NCBI GenBank assembly: GCA_965199825.1
Contig: OZ241329.1
Location: 2,176,001 to 2,240,000, forward strand
Reading direction: 5' to 3'
Origin: Bdellovibrionales bacterium
GTDB lineage: Bacteria; Bdellovibrionota; Bdellovibrionia; Bdellovibrionales; UBA1609
DNA: 64,000 bases
Shown here piece after piece: positions 9,907 through 20,529 of this stretch. The translations under genes and the position numbers were made by a program. Positions within the stretch are counted from its first letter, which is position 1; each line of letters starts with the position of its first letter. The notes beneath the pieces were generated by a model. The model was given only the letters and a program-made list of their open reading frames with translations, did not search any database and was not told the DNA's origin.

Positions 9907-12098
9907 TGATTAAAAAAATAATTTTAAGCATTCTGTTATTTATTTTTGTTGGTGTGATTGGGCTCACATCTTTTATTTACTTTGCACCTCACAAATTTTT
10001 CGAAATTGCGGCAAATTTTGTTCTTCCAAAAGATCTTAAAATTGATTTTTCATCGGCCCATTTTGAGCGCAGTGGAAAAAGCGTAAATCTGATTCTCGAA
10101 GATCTTGATGTGCAAAAATCAAGTCCACGCCTGAATCTTCCCTTGGGTCATGTTGAGGTCAAAGTTCTTTTTGGCTTTGAGCGGCCTTATATCACGATCC
10201 AGAATCTGATTTTGAAATCCGAAAAACCGCTGCAATATTTCGAAACTTTTGATCCTCATCCTGAACCTGTCGAATATTCCGAGCAAATTCGAAAAATCCC
10301 GTCTTACCTCGGATACGCAAACACAATTTTTCGATTTCAACACGCATCCATCGATATTCCGACCTTTGAATACGTCAGACTGGATGGGGACAGCATCAAA
10401 CTTAGCGCTGAGTACCAAAAAGATGAGCTCAAAGATCATGGACAATTGCAAACAAAGCTTTCAAAAAATATAAACATTAATGGTTTATTTCATTTGATGC
10501 CCAGTGCAAAACTCAACCTGGATATTAAAAACAAGCAAATTCAGGCCACTCTCAACCTTGAATTTATGGGCGAAAAGATTTTGCTCGCCAGCGAATTTTC
10601 AACTCCCACCGGAGCGGGCGATGCCAAAGGTTTTATCAATCCTCAAAAGTTTGATGTTGAAGTCAATTTACGCGGATCAAAGAAATTAAAATTGCTCAAA
10701 TCCTTTGGTGAACTCAAAAGTCATTTTGTTGGTGATCTAGAAAATAAAAAATTGCCCGTGGTTTTCGAGGCTCAACTTCCGCTCCAGAGCGATATTGTGC
10801 CAGAGCATTTGCATCGTGAAGTCCAAATGGCCTGTCAGTGCCATTTGCCACAGATCCTTTTTATTTCGGCTAATGGAACTCTTTTTGGTCAGGCTTTTTT
10901 AGACGGTCGGGATGGGACCTTGGTTAAAACAGACATCTCGCTCGATAGTATCAGCAATATTTTGTTTGCCCTTAAGCTCGGTGGGTCGATCGAAATTGCA
11001 AAAGAACATCAGCAGTTTGTTTATAAACCAAAACTAGATTCTTCCCTGATCATTTATCGATTTCGCAGGATCACCCAATTATTAGATGCACTTGGTCTCG
11101 TGATTCCTGCCCCCTTTAGTGTGCTCGACGGAACCGTGATCGCAAAGGCCAACACCGATGTTCAAATGATGCAAAAAATCACAACCGATCTTTCGGTGGA
11201 TCTCAATTTAAAATCCAAATCGCAACAGGTCAGCATGAACCACAAAATCCAAATCTCTGCTGACTCTCATTTTAAAAATGTAGCGGCCATTATTAAAACT
11301 AACATTGACCGAATTCGGTTGGAGCTTCCGCCGTTAAATCCCTTCGCAGGACTTCCCCAACTAAAAACGGATGAGCGCATTAAACTCTCAAAGCAGTCAC
11401 AACCTCAGTCACAGATGCGGATGGATCTCGATTTTAATATCGAGACGGCCACGGATGGTGCAATTGAGCTGATGTCGAATTTGGCTGATCCATTTATTCC
11501 GCTTGATATTCAGTTTCAAAAAGTAAAGGAAAGTGAGCAGGGGCATTTAAGAATTCGGCCATTTAAAATAAAATATTTAAGGCGCACGGTTGCGGTGGAT
11601 GATGTGAATATCGATCTCAATCCAACTTCCATGGGGGATTACCCGCTCACTGCCGAAATGCATGTGCAGCAGACCAGTTACAAAGTGATGATCCACGTGG
11701 GAGGCACAACCGCAAATCCCTCAATCAAATTATCAAGTGATCCTGATCTTTCGCGCGAAGATATTATTTCTGTTTTGCTTTATGATCATAAAACAAGCCA
11801 AGGGAGTGATGCCGAAAATGTTGGAAATGTCCAAGCGGCGATTGCCGACAAAGCGATTGGTCTTTTTGGGATTTGGGCCTTTGCCTCAACCCCGGTCAAA
11901 AGTGTGTCTTACAACCCGGTCACAAAAGTCTACGAAGCCACTTTTGATATTGGTAACGGTGTAACTGCAAGTGTCGGAACCAATTGGGATCAGCAAGCCA
12001 CCTTGGCCTTACGTCGACGTTTGAGCAAGCGCTGGGTTGTGACCGCGTCTTGGGGCAATGTGGGCTCTGTGGTGCTTCAGTGGGAAAAGCGTTTTTAA
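9903..12098 (+). CDS. tamB: TamB/DUF490-like translocation-assembly protein
   Basis: N-terminal TM anchor, beta-rich body, GGTTANPSIKLSSDPDLSREDIISVLL, C-terminal WEKRF; overlaps the tamA stop. Confidence 0.75.
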   Translation: MMIKKIILSILLFIFVGVIGLTSFIYFAPHKFFEIAANFVLPKDLKIDFSSAHFERSGKSVNLILEDLDVQKSSPRLNLPLGHVEVKVLFGFERPYITIQNLILKSEKPLQYFETFDPHPEPVEYSEQIRKIPSYLGYANTIFRFQHASIDIPTFEYVRLDGDSIKLSAEYQKDELKDHGQLQTKLSKNININGLFHLMPSAKLNLDIKNKQIQATLNLEFMGEKILLASEFSTPTGAGDAKGFINPQKFDVEVNLRGSKKLKLLKSFGELKSHFVGDLENKKLPVVFEAQLPLQSDIVPEHLHREVQMACQCHLPQILFISANGTLFGQAFLDGRDGTLVKTDISLDSISNILFALKLGGSIEIAKEHQQFVYKPKLDSSLIIYRFRRITQLLDALGLVIPAPFSVLDGTVIAKANTDVQMMQKITTDLSVDLNLKSKSQQVSMNHKIQISADSHFKNVAAIIKTNIDRIRLELPPLNPFAGLPQLKTDERIKLSKQSQPQSQMRMDLDFNIETATDGAIELMSNLADPFIPLDIQFQKVKESEQGHLRIRPFKIKYLRRTVAVDDVNIDLNPTSMGDYPLTAEMHVQQTSYKVMIHVGGTTANPSIKLSSDPDLSREDIISVLLYDHKTSQGSDAENVGNVQAAIADKAIGLFGIWAFASTPVKSVSYNPVTKVYEATFDIGNGVTASVGTNWDQQATLALRRRLSKRWVVTASWGNVGSVVLQWEKRF

Positions 12099-12676
12099 GG
12101 AGTTTGATTCAAGGCTTCGATGGCCTCGATAAAGGATTCGGCTTGAGTCTCAACCAATTTCGGTCGGGTCACGCGTTGTAAAAACCAAGGGTGTTTGCTG
12201 TACACATTGATGGCGATCGCAACACCAAGCATATAATGATTTTTTGGTTGTAAGACCATTGCTCCATGAAGATCGCTCATATTTGGATCATCGCTATTTT
12301 GCTGCCACTCGATCACACCATGATGATGAAGATCTTCGTAAAATGTGATTCGCACCGGAGTCTTACCCATCAAAAGATTATTTTTCGTAGCGGTCACGGT
12401 GCTCACTAAGCTCAAATATTTTTCTAATCCATCCTGACGATTGAGATCAGATTTGAAAACCAAGTAAGGCACATTGATCCGTTTTTCGGCCTTGGCGGCA
12501 TAATACAGATCATGGTCTACGCGCCGTCCCCAGTCGGAATAAGGGGTGGTGTGCATCTGGTGGTGTTCGATAAAGGTCGCTTGCGAAATAAAATTGAAAA
12601 TCAACGGTTTAACAAAATCTTGCACCTGAAGATTTTGAGCAAAAAGGCTGGATACAAAAAGAGCAAGAAAAGTCAT
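12095..12676 (-). CDS. Hypothetical secreted protein
   Basis: Start moved to ATG 12676 (MTFLALFVSSLFAQ, signal peptide) to avoid overlap with the divergent gene. Confidence 0.6.
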   Translation of the reverse strand: MTFLALFVSSLFAQNLQVQDFVKPLIFNFISQATFIEHHQMHTTPYSDWGRRVDHDLYYAAKAEKRINVPYLVFKSDLNRQDGLEKYLSLVSTVTATKNNLLMGKTPVRITFYEDLHHHGVIEWQQNSDDPNMSDLHGAMVLQPKNHYMLGVAIAINVYSKHPWFLQRVTRPKLVETQAESFIEAIEALNQTP

Positions 12677-12722
12677 TGAGAGAAAATTGACTCTCAACCT
12701 TTGGAATGTCAACGTAATGCCT

Positions 12723-13193
12723 ATGAAAACGCGACGCGAATTTTTAAGCACCTCGTTGGTTTTAAGTTTATTTGGTCCATTTTTATTGGCCTCATCAAAG
12801 TGCGACAATACAAAGAGCTCGCTCTCACTCAAAGACCAAGGTTTTGTATTTGCGAATGAGCCCACTAATGTCTATCTGTTTAGTTTTAGTGATTTTCCAG
12901 ATCTGATGCGAATAGGTGGCAGTGCGCGTTTTGCGGTGAATGCAACCAGCGGAATCAAAACCATTTCGATTGTACGGCTCAACTCCACCCAAGCTTTTAC
13001 CGCGCTGAACGTTTGCCCCCAATCTGGGTGTGAATTAGGGGCCTTTAACTCCAGGGGGATTGGCTATTCGTGTGACTGCGATATAGCCACTTTTGATGCC
13101 ACCGGTGCTGTTTTGTATGGGGCTCAATCGTTAAATCTTACGATGTTTCCAACAGTTATCAATACCACCAATGTTTCAGTGACAATAGCATAA
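12723..13193 (+). CDS. Tat-exported Rieske-fold protein lacking both His ligands
   Basis: MKTRREFL twin-arginine signal; CPQSGC and CDCDIATFD aligned to Rieske boxes CxHxGC and CPCHGSxFD. Confidence 0.7.
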   Translation: MKTRREFLSTSLVLSLFGPFLLASSKCDNTKSSLSLKDQGFVFANEPTNVYLFSFSDFPDLMRIGGSARFAVNATSGIKTISIVRLNSTQAFTALNVCPQSGCELGAFNSRGIGYSCDCDIATFDATGAVLYGAQSLNLTMFPTVINTTNVSVTIA

Positions 13194-13265
13194 CCGAAGC
13201 AAACAAAATTTCATTAGTTTTGAAGACCATTGCGAAAACCAACTGACCTGAGCGATCTTGGTCGG

Positions 13266-14132
13266 ATGTTAGCAATTATTTTTTCATGTTTTATGGCTCA
13301 AGCGATGACCCGGCCTGCTCAACAAGAGATTGAGGGCTATCTGCAGGCGGCGAATGCCGAAAATGCTTCCTTCGTTTTGACCTATACTCCAGATCAAAAA
13401 AATCTATTTGCCAGAACTTCATTTAAATTATTGCCCACCAGTTTTGATTTGCAGTCGCAGTTTCGAACCCTTCATCCTAACGATAAAGTCAAAGTGAGTG
13501 GGGTTGTGAACAAGGGTGCAATGGCGGTCCAATCGCTCGAAGTGATTTTGAGCTTTTTGCCCGAAGAATTTAAAAAATGTGAAGAAAAATCGGTTGGTGA
13601 TTTTGAATTTTCTGGAGGCTTTACTGAGGCTCTGGTTTATAGCCGCAATAACTCAAATATCATATTACAAGTGGGTGATCAGATTTTCCCCACCCGCTTT
13701 CATGGTGATACGAGCGAGATTGCCCTTGGTGATTTGTTATTTGTAAATCTCAACGTTTTTAAAAATAAAAAACGAATTATTGAAGCGACCGCCAAAACAT
13801 TTCGTATCAAACAAAAGCTCTCTGAGCATTCAGCCGAAATTTCAGGAAATCTGGCGATGGTTTCGATTCAAGGCAAGATGAGCTTTGCGGTGGAAGAGGT
13901 TTTAGCCCCCCATCTTAAACGATATTATCCTTTGACCAATGCCACTGAGGTGACTCCGCTTGGTTTAAGCCTCAAAAATTTATGGAAGCAAAAAAGCTCC
14001 TGTCAGCTCAGCCTTGATCATCTTGCAGCCACTTCAAATATCAAGGTCGAAGTCACCGCTCAGTCATTTGCTCAAATGAATGTGCAAGCCTCAGCGGTTA
14101 TCGAAAAGTCGGAGCAACAAAAATCTCTTTAA
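13266..14132 (+). CDS. Hypothetical secreted beta-rich protein
   Basis: ATG 13266 gives signal peptide MLAIIFSCFMAQA; OB-fold-like DKVKVSGVV segment. Confidence 0.6.
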   Translation: MLAIIFSCFMAQAMTRPAQQEIEGYLQAANAENASFVLTYTPDQKNLFARTSFKLLPTSFDLQSQFRTLHPNDKVKVSGVVNKGAMAVQSLEVILSFLPEEFKKCEEKSVGDFEFSGGFTEALVYSRNNSNIILQVGDQIFPTRFHGDTSEIALGDLLFVNLNVFKNKKRIIEATAKTFRIKQKLSEHSAEISGNLAMVSIQGKMSFAVEEVLAPHLKRYYPLTNATEVTPLGLSLKNLWKQKSSCQLSLDHLAATSNIKVEVTAQSFAQMNVQASAVIEKSEQQKSL

Positions 14133-14904
14133 CGAGGAGATGAGAATATTTAAGTCCCACCCGATCCTTTACATAAATAAAATAAATCACTCGTTTTAAT
14201 AGTTGCCAGAGCCATAAGGCTTTTGAAAACAACGGCGAGGGTGAATATTTTTTGATTAACAAAAGACGGTTGCGCTGGAAATAAAAGCCAGAATATTTAC
14301 GGTCCTTGCGGCAGGTTTTTCCGCCTAAGTGTGCCACCTTAAAATCGGGTAGCACCTCCATCCCAATATTTTGTTTGTGTAGTCGAATACAAAGATCCAC
14401 ATCTTCAAGATAGGTATAAAACTGGATATCGAATTTTAAAAATACCGAACGATGAATCAAAAAGGAATGCCCTGGGATATAAAAAATTTCTGATAGCTTT
14501 GTTTCACCAGGATTTTTTTGATGAAATATTTGGCCGGTTTTAAGATTGTAGATCCCGCCGCAGGATTCTAAGGTTTTTTTATCTTTTCGATATAGCCATG
14601 GACCGTAAAGACCGGGTTGAGCAGGAATCTTGGCGACACTCATCAGTTCGGTGTCATTGGTTAAAAAATAAATCCAGTCCGTTGAACAATTCTCAATTGC
14701 TGTGTTTGCGCCTGCGGCAAATCCAATATTTTGAGGCAAAACAAGATGGGTCACTTGAGGAAAATTTTTTTGTAAGCCCGTCACATGTTTTTTTTCGCTG
14801 CCATTATGAACCAAAAGAATGGGATAGCCAAAGGGAAGAAGGCTATTGAGGCAGCGTGAAGTGATCTCAGGATGGTTAAATGACAAAACCGCAAATTGAA
14901 ACAC
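14098..14904 (-). CDS. Glycosyltransferase family 2
   Basis: GTG 14904 with GGAG RBS; AVLSFN, VHNGS, NIGFAAGAN, FLTNDT, YLEDVDLC motifs. Confidence 0.85.
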   Translation of the reverse strand: MFQFAVLSFNHPEITSRCLNSLLPFGYPILLVHNGSEKKHVTGLQKNFPQVTHLVLPQNIGFAAGANTAIENCSTDWIYFLTNDTELMSVAKIPAQPGLYGPWLYRKDKKTLESCGGIYNLKTGQIFHQKNPGETKLSEIFYIPGHSFLIHRSVFLKFDIQFYTYLEDVDLCIRLHKQNIGMEVLPDFKVAHLGGKTCRKDRKYSGFYFQRNRLLLIKKYSPSPLFSKALWLWQLLKRVIYFIYVKDRVGLKYSHLLVKEIFVAPTFR

Positions 14905-15527
14905 CCCTTGTTCTCCTTCCGGCCGCAGGGTTTGGCCGACGAAATGGATCGCCCCCAGCAAAAGAATTATTTCTTCATCCAAAAAAGAATCGACCTTTGA
15001 TTGAGGTGGCCCTCAAAAATTGTGATCACTTGAACTACCAGGCCCATGTGATTCTCAGAAGCGAAAAAAAAGAACTCAAAAATTTCTTACTTCAATCTCG
15101 GTATCGTCCCCAAATTCAAGAGGTCTCACCCACCGAAGAGTGGGCCGCCACGGTTCTTTTGTCTCAAGCCCATTGGCACCACCACAATCTGCTCTATCTG
15201 CCCGACACCGAATTTGAGCCACTCGATATATTAAAGGACATGGTGCACAGCCTGACCACCACGCCGGTGAGCTTCGGGGTTTTTGAAGTCGATGATCCCT
15301 CACTCTGGGGAACCATCAAGGGCTCAACAATTGGCGAAAAAGCGAGGGGTCCAAAGGGTCCAGCCGTAGCCTGGGGGGTAATTGGTTTTACCAAAGAATA
15401 TGGAGTTCAGTTGTTTGAGACAATCTTAGAGGCCTATCGCTCAAGGACTTATCAACCTCTAAGTCTTGAGCCAAAGCTCTTTTCACTTAAATCTTTTGAC
15501 GACTTGACCCGCCATTCTGCACCATAA
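14880..15527 (+). CDS. Sugar-nucleotidyltransferase-fold protein
   Basis: LLPAAGFGRR...PAKEL N-terminal motif, LPDT, WGVIGF. Confidence 0.7.
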   Translation: MTKPQIETPLVLLPAAGFGRRNGSPPAKELFLHPKKNRPLIEVALKNCDHLNYQAHVILRSEKKELKNFLLQSRYRPQIQEVSPTEEWAATVLLSQAHWHHHNLLYLPDTEFEPLDILKDMVHSLTTTPVSFGVFEVDDPSLWGTIKGSTIGEKARGPKGPAVAWGVIGFTKEYGVQLFETILEAYRSRTYQPLSLEPKLFSLKSFDDLTRHSAP

Positions 15528-15542
15528 AATAAGCAGGAGTCA

Positions 15543-16736
15543 TTGATGTCATTTCGATTGGGTTTAGAAAATCTTTTGGCCGATACCTCGTTGGTGAGCA
15601 AATTAAAAACAAAACGGGTGGCGCTCTTGGCCCATCCTGCTTCGGTGACTCAGAGTCTCACCCATTCGATCGATGCCTTGCTCGAAGTAGGGATCAAACT
15701 GAGCTGTGCCTTTGGTCCGCAGCACGGCTTAAAGGGCGACAAGCAAGACAACATGATCGAGACTCAAGACGAGATCGATCCCTTTTATAAAATTCCGATA
15801 TTTAGTTTGTACGGTGAGGTGAGGCGTCCCACCAAACAGATGCTTTCTGAATTTGATGTGTTGCTGATTGATCTGCAAGATGTGGGCTGCCGCATTTATA
15901 CTTTTTTGACCACTTTATTTTATTTGTTAGAAGATGCAGAAGTCGCAGATAAAGAAATTATTGTGCTCGATCGGCCAAATCCGATTGCTCGCATGGTTGA
16001 GGGATCCCTGCTCGAGGAAAGTCTTCATAGCTTTGTGGGTGCAGCACCGGTCCCCATGAGTCACGGCTTAACCTTGGGCGAAGCGGCCAATTGGTACAAA
16101 AATTTAAAGAAATTAAAAACCAATCTTCAAGTGATTAAGATGAGTGGATTTGATGTGAAGTCCTCATGGCCCAAGGAATTGGCTTGGGTCAATCCCTCGC
16201 CCAATATGCCAAAACTCCAAACAGCAAATGTTTACCCGGGTACTGTTTTATTTGAGGGAACTCTTTTATCCGAGGGGCGTGGCACAACAACCCCGCTCGA
16301 AGTTTTTGGCTGCCCCAATCTTCAGGCGCGTGAAATATTAAATGCACTATTGAGTGAATATTCGGCTTGGACTCAAGGGCTAAAAATGAGAACTGTTTAT
16401 TTTGAGCCCACTTTTCATAAGTTTAAAGGCCAATTGGTTTCGGGCCTCCAACTGCATTCCGATCCGCAGTTTTTTGATAAGCAAAAAATTAAGCCCTACC
16501 GGTTGGTTGCGGCCTTCTTAAAGCTTGTGCGCCAATTTCATCCAGAAGTTGAGATCTGGAGATCGCCCCCTTATGAGTATGAAACGGTCAAGCGCCCCTT
16601 TGATCTTTTGTCGGGCTCGGTGTTTTTGCGCGAGTGGATTGATAATAAATCCTCAACCCCGCAGGACCTCGAGAAGTATCTCAGCAAAGATGAAAATTCA
16701 TTTATCAATAATTCTAAACAGTTTTACTTATACTAG
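15543..16736 (+). CDS. DUF1343 / NamZ-like exo-beta-N-acetylmuramidase
   Basis: [44 protein letters not shown]. Confidence 0.88.
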   Translation: MMSFRLGLENLLADTSLVSKLKTKRVALLAHPASVTQSLTHSIDALLEVGIKLSCAFGPQHGLKGDKQDNMIETQDEIDPFYKIPIFSLYGEVRRPTKQMLSEFDVLLIDLQDVGCRIYTFLTTLFYLLEDAEVADKEIIVLDRPNPIARMVEGSLLEESLHSFVGAAPVPMSHGLTLGEAANWYKNLKKLKTNLQVIKMSGFDVKSSWPKELAWVNPSPNMPKLQTANVYPGTVLFEGTLLSEGRGTTTPLEVFGCPNLQAREILNALLSEYSAWTQGLKMRTVYFEPTFHKFKGQLVSGLQLHSDPQFFDKQKIKPYRLVAAFLKLVRQFHPEVEIWRSPPYEYETVKRPFDLLSGSVFLREWIDNKSSTPQDLEKYLSKDENSFINNSKQFYLY

Positions 16737-17222
16737 TTCTTTTTTTAAAGATTTATAGTCATGGTGCACTTTCTTTTTTTGGGAGTGCCGGTGTTTTGCC
16801 AACAATTTTAAAATCTTTTGATCATTCAGTGCCAATATTCTCAACGCCAAAAGGGCGGCATTGGTGGCGTTATCAATCGCTACGGTTGCAACGGGCACAC
16901 CCTTTGGCATTTGCAGAATTGAAAGAAGCGAATCGATTCCTTTGAGAGCCTCAAGCAAAATCGGCACACCAATTACCGGAAGATGGGTCAGACTTGCCAC
17001 CATGCCCGGCAAATGAGCCGCGCCTCCGGCACCTGCGATAATCACTTGATACCCTTTGGTTTCGGCATTTTTGGCAAAGTGTTGCATTTTTTCAGGAGTG
17101 CGATGAGCCGAGACGATTTCGACATGCGCTTTGACATCGAATTCTTTTAAGATATCTACCGCTGCTTTCATAATCGGCCAATCGGATTTACTTCCCATAA
17201 TGACCGCCACCTTTTTTTTCAT
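16728..17222 (-). CDS. purE: N5-carboxyaminoimidazole ribonucleotide mutase
   Basis: [39 protein letters not shown]. Confidence 0.97.
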   Translation of the reverse strand: MKKKVAVIMGSKSDWPIMKAAVDILKEFDVKAHVEIVSAHRTPEKMQHFAKNAETKGYQVIIAGAGGAAHLPGMVASLTHLPVIGVPILLEALKGIDSLLSILQMPKGVPVATVAIDNATNAALLALRILALNDQKILKLLAKHRHSQKKKVHHDYKSLKKELV

Positions 17223-18313
17223 AACGACAATTTCCTTCCATATTTTTTTGCCCGTTTGAGAGCCTGATTTGCACTTTGATCAAGCACGTTGAGGTGCCCA
17301 AGCTTTCGGCCGTTTTTAAATTCTTTTTTTCCGTACCAATAAAAAGCACAGTCCGAATCGGGAATCAGATCGCGAACAGGCCCCAAAATATTCCACATCG
17401 CAAAACCCTTGGACAACAGTTTAGGTTTTGGAAGGGATAATCCTAATCCGGCGCGCACATGCATCTCGAATTGATCGCACTTAAGAGCATCCATGGAGTA
17501 GTGCCCCGAATTGTGCACCCGGGGTGCAATTTCATTTACGATCAATTTATTTTTATAATCAAAAAGTTCAAACGACAAAGTTCCAACAAAATTAATTTCA
17601 CTTACAAAATTTAAAATCTTAAGATTTTTAAGATCTTTATGTTTTTCGGGCCCTTTGACAGACAGGCATCGGGCATCTTTTTGATAGGTTTCAACCAATG
17701 GAAAAATTTGGGCTTGTCCAGCCGAATTTCTAAACACCTGCACCGCACACTCGCGCTCAAAAGGAATCAAAGCTTCTGCGATATATCCCGCCGGATTTTC
17801 GATAAATTCGGTGGGGTTGATCGATGTGCCGTTGCCGTCGTAACCAAACAGTCTTTTTTTAAGAACAAACCCTTTGGGAAATTTTTTTTTGAGTTTTAAA
17901 AAATCTTTTTTTGTTTCGACATTACAAAAATCGGCGGTGGGAATTTTATATTTCTGCAGCAATTTTTTTTGGCTCAAACGATCAGCCAGAGCATCCATCA
18001 ATCGAGGTTGAGGATAGAAATGATCTTTATTTGAAAGATTTAATAAAAGTTCTCCATCCCAAAATTCAGATTCAAAAGTGACAACGTCAACACGTCCCAA
18101 AAACTTTTTTAAAGATTTATGGTCGGTCTTTGACCCTTGAGAGTGAAAGGCGGTCACTTGAGCCGCAGGATCATCGGCATTTTCAGAATAGATATGGACC
18201 TCAAGTCCCAACTGCTGCGCTTTTTGGGCGAGCATGCGGGCGAGTTGCCCTCCGCCCAAAATTCCAAATTTTAAACCCAACCTAAAAAGTGGTATGACTC
18301 TTTGATGTTTCAT
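17219..18313 (-). CDS. purK: N5-carboxyaminoimidazole ribonucleotide synthase
   Basis: [35 protein letters not shown]; start uncertain (ATG 18313 or TTG 18322). Confidence 0.95.
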   Translation of the reverse strand: MKHQRVIPLFRLGLKFGILGGGQLARMLAQKAQQLGLEVHIYSENADDPAAQVTAFHSQGSKTDHKSLKKFLGRVDVVTFESEFWDGELLLNLSNKDHFYPQPRLMDALADRLSQKKLLQKYKIPTADFCNVETKKDFLKLKKKFPKGFVLKKRLFGYDGNGTSINPTEFIENPAGYIAEALIPFERECAVQVFRNSAGQAQIFPLVETYQKDARCLSVKGPEKHKDLKNLKILNFVSEINFVGTLSFELFDYKNKLIVNEIAPRVHNSGHYSMDALKCDQFEMHVRAGLGLSLPKPKLLSKGFAMWNILGPVRDLIPDSDCAFYWYGKKEFKNGRKLGHLNVLDQSANQALKRAKKYGRKLSL

Positions 18314-19348
18314 CAGTTTCAACCCTTACCCCAAGTCAACTTTCCGGTGGTGCTTGCCCCCATGGTCGGTCTGTCACACATCGGACTTCGATATCTAGTA
18401 CGCTTCTATACCCCGCGCAATGCTCGAACTTTTTGGCCCACAGAAATGCTCAACTCGCGAAGATTGCCCTTAGAAAAAATGGGATTTACCGAAGAAACTC
18501 TCAAAGACTGTGCAGAGGATCTTTTGGTGCCCCAACTCCTTGGCAATGAACAAACCGCTATTACCGAATCGATTCGCCGCCTCGAGGATTGGGGAGCTCA
18601 AGCCATCGACATCAATATGGGTTGCCCTGTGGCAAAAGCCTTACGTCATAATTACGGCGTCGCCCTCATGGGCAATAGCGATTATGCCGCAGAAGTTGTT
18701 GCCATGGCGGTGCGAAGCACCAAGAAACCGATCTCGGTCAAGCTTCGTGCGGGCATCGATAGCAATCGACAAACACTGCTCGAATTTATTTTAAAACTCG
18801 AAAGTGCGGGGGCCTCATGGGTCACCCTTCATCCAAGATTAGCTCATCAAAAGCGAAGGGGAGTGGCCGACTGGGATGTGATTCGATTTATTAAAAGCGA
18901 AGTTAAAATCCCGGTGATCGGCAATGGCGATGTGCAAACCAAAGAGGATGTCTTCTCGATGCTTTCGACCACCGGCTGCCAAGGTGTAATGGTCGGTCGA
19001 GCCTTGACCGCAAGACCTTGGCTCATGTGGCAAGTGGGTGAGGCTTTGGGTTTTGAAACTCCATCAGGGTGTTCCGGCGTTGCACCTCAAACTCCCTATG
19101 AAGAAGGTGCCGAGTACGGCCGCTCGCTATTGATTTTGCTTCATTTTTTATCCACCGTTTATCCACCCCTAAAACTCAAAAAGAAATTTATGTATCACGT
19201 GAAGACCTCGCACTGGTGGCTGCAGTTTGGTCATACGTTATTTAGTGAGCTCAGTGGGGCGGACGACGTGCCAAAGCTTGAGCGAATTATTCGTAAGTTT
19301 TTTAGCCAGCCCCAAGCAATGAATCAAAAAACATCGCTTCGCGAATAA
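18305..19348 (+). CDS. tRNA-dihydrouridine synthase (DusB-like)
   Basis: LAPMVG, IDINMGCP, SVKLR, LHPR, VIGNGD, VMVGR. Confidence 0.9.
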   Translation: MFHQFQPLPQVNFPVVLAPMVGLSHIGLRYLVRFYTPRNARTFWPTEMLNSRRLPLEKMGFTEETLKDCAEDLLVPQLLGNEQTAITESIRRLEDWGAQAIDINMGCPVAKALRHNYGVALMGNSDYAAEVVAMAVRSTKKPISVKLRAGIDSNRQTLLEFILKLESAGASWVTLHPRLAHQKRRGVADWDVIRFIKSEVKIPVIGNGDVQTKEDVFSMLSTTGCQGVMVGRALTARPWLMWQVGEALGFETPSGCSGVAPQTPYEEGAEYGRSLLILLHFLSTVYPPLKLKKKFMYHVKTSHWWLQFGHTLFSELSGADDVPKLERIIRKFFSQPQAMNQKTSLRE

Positions 19349-19358
19349 ACAAGTGAGC

Positions 19359-19610
19359 TCAAATTTTATTCATCAGCTCGCCACTTTGTTCCAGCGCCGA
19401 AAGCTCTGAAAACCCACCAATAAATTCGTCTTTGATAAAAATTTGGGGGATGGTTCGCATTCCGGTGCGGGCTCTTAGGGCATTGACCTCATCATCTTTG
19501 CCATCGAGATCGATTTCATTAAACGGAATATTTTTGCTCTTTAAAAGATTCTTGGCTCGAATGCAAAATGGGCAGTTGCTCCAGGTGTAAACCGTAACTG
19601 TTGGGCTCAT
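19359..19610 (-). CDS. grxC: Dithiol glutaredoxin
   Basis: CPFC active site, TIPQIFI, IGGFSEL. Confidence 0.9.
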   Translation of the reverse strand: MSPTVTVYTWSNCPFCIRAKNLLKSKNIPFNEIDLDGKDDEVNALRARTGMRTIPQIFIKDEFIGGFSELSALEQSGELMNKI

Positions 19611-20529
19611 GACAGGTCTCCAGACTTTTTGTTAATTCGATGAGAGATTCAGAACGTTTGATCTTTTCAAAAACAATTTTGGCTTCTAAAAAATTTCGGC
19701 TGAGAAGCTTGGTCCACTGTTTGACTCGGGTCACTGCGAAGTGCTCATGCCTAAATTCTTTAGAAAAGGTCGCAAATTTTTGTAACATCAAAACCATCTC
19801 ATCCCAATCAACTTTTTTTCCACCCCGGAGTTCTCGGGCGAGGCTCGGTTGGGCCACAAGTCCTCTGCCTAGAGCAAAGCGCTCACAGCCAGTCACAGAT
19901 TGGCAGCGCGAAAAATCATCGATGGACCAAATCTCACCATTGGCGATCACCGGGATTTTTATATGTTGGCGCATGTACTTGATATATTCCCAGTGAGCGG
20001 GGGGCTTATAGCCCTCAAGTTTTGTGCGAGCATGAACAGTCAATTCGCTTGCACCCCCGCGCTCGACTTCTGAGGCGATCTCGAGATGAAAATCTTTATG
20101 CTCAAATCCCAGTCGCACTTTGGCGGTCACCGGCACTGAGACATTTTGTTTCACCTGATCGACACATTCAAAAAGTCGTGAAGGCATTTTGAGTAAAGCC
20201 GCACCCCCGTCGTGACGATTGACCGTTTTTGCAGGGCAGCCAAAATTAAGATCAATTCCGAGGGCGCCGGCCTCCACAGCCGCCTTGGCATTGAGGCCCA
20301 ACCAATTGGGTTTTCCACCAAGGAGTTGCAAATAAACAGGGGTGCCCTCAAAAGTGCGCCCTCCAGTTTCGAGTTCAGGGCAATACTTGATAAAAGTTTT
20401 TTTGGGCAAAAGTTGATCTGTGACTCTCACAAACTCGGTCACATAGCGGTCGATCCCGCCGATCTCTGAGAGCAATCGACGCATGCAGTAGTCAACCACT
20501 CCTTCCATAGGGGCTTGATTCAGGATCAT
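19519..20529 (-). CDS. dusC: tRNA-dihydrouridine synthase (DusC-like)
   Basis: APMEGV, TEFVRVT, DLNFGCPAKTVNRHDGGA, VHARTK, ANGEI. Confidence 0.88.
   Translation of the reverse strand: MILNQAPMEGVVDYCMRRLLSEIGGIDRYVTEFVRVTDQLLPKKTFIKYCPELETGGRTFEGTPVYLQLLGGKPNWLGLNAKAAVEAGALGIDLNFGCPAKTVNRHDGGAALLKMPSRLFECVDQVKQNVSVPVTAKVRLGFEHKDFHLEIASEVERGGASELTVHARTKLEGYKPPAHWEYIKYMRQHIKIPVIANGEIWSIDDFSRCQSVTGCERFALGRGLVAQPSLARELRGGKKVDWDEMVLMLQKFATFSKEFRHEHFAVTRVKQWTKLLSRNFLEAKIVFEKIKRSESLIELTKSLETCHEPNSYGLHLEQLPILHSSQESFKEQKYSV

Noticed and set aside
19519..19610. 92-nt overlap of the dusC 3' end with grx as programmed recoding
   Set aside because: No slippery site seen; a lost stop codon giving a non-conserved tail is simpler
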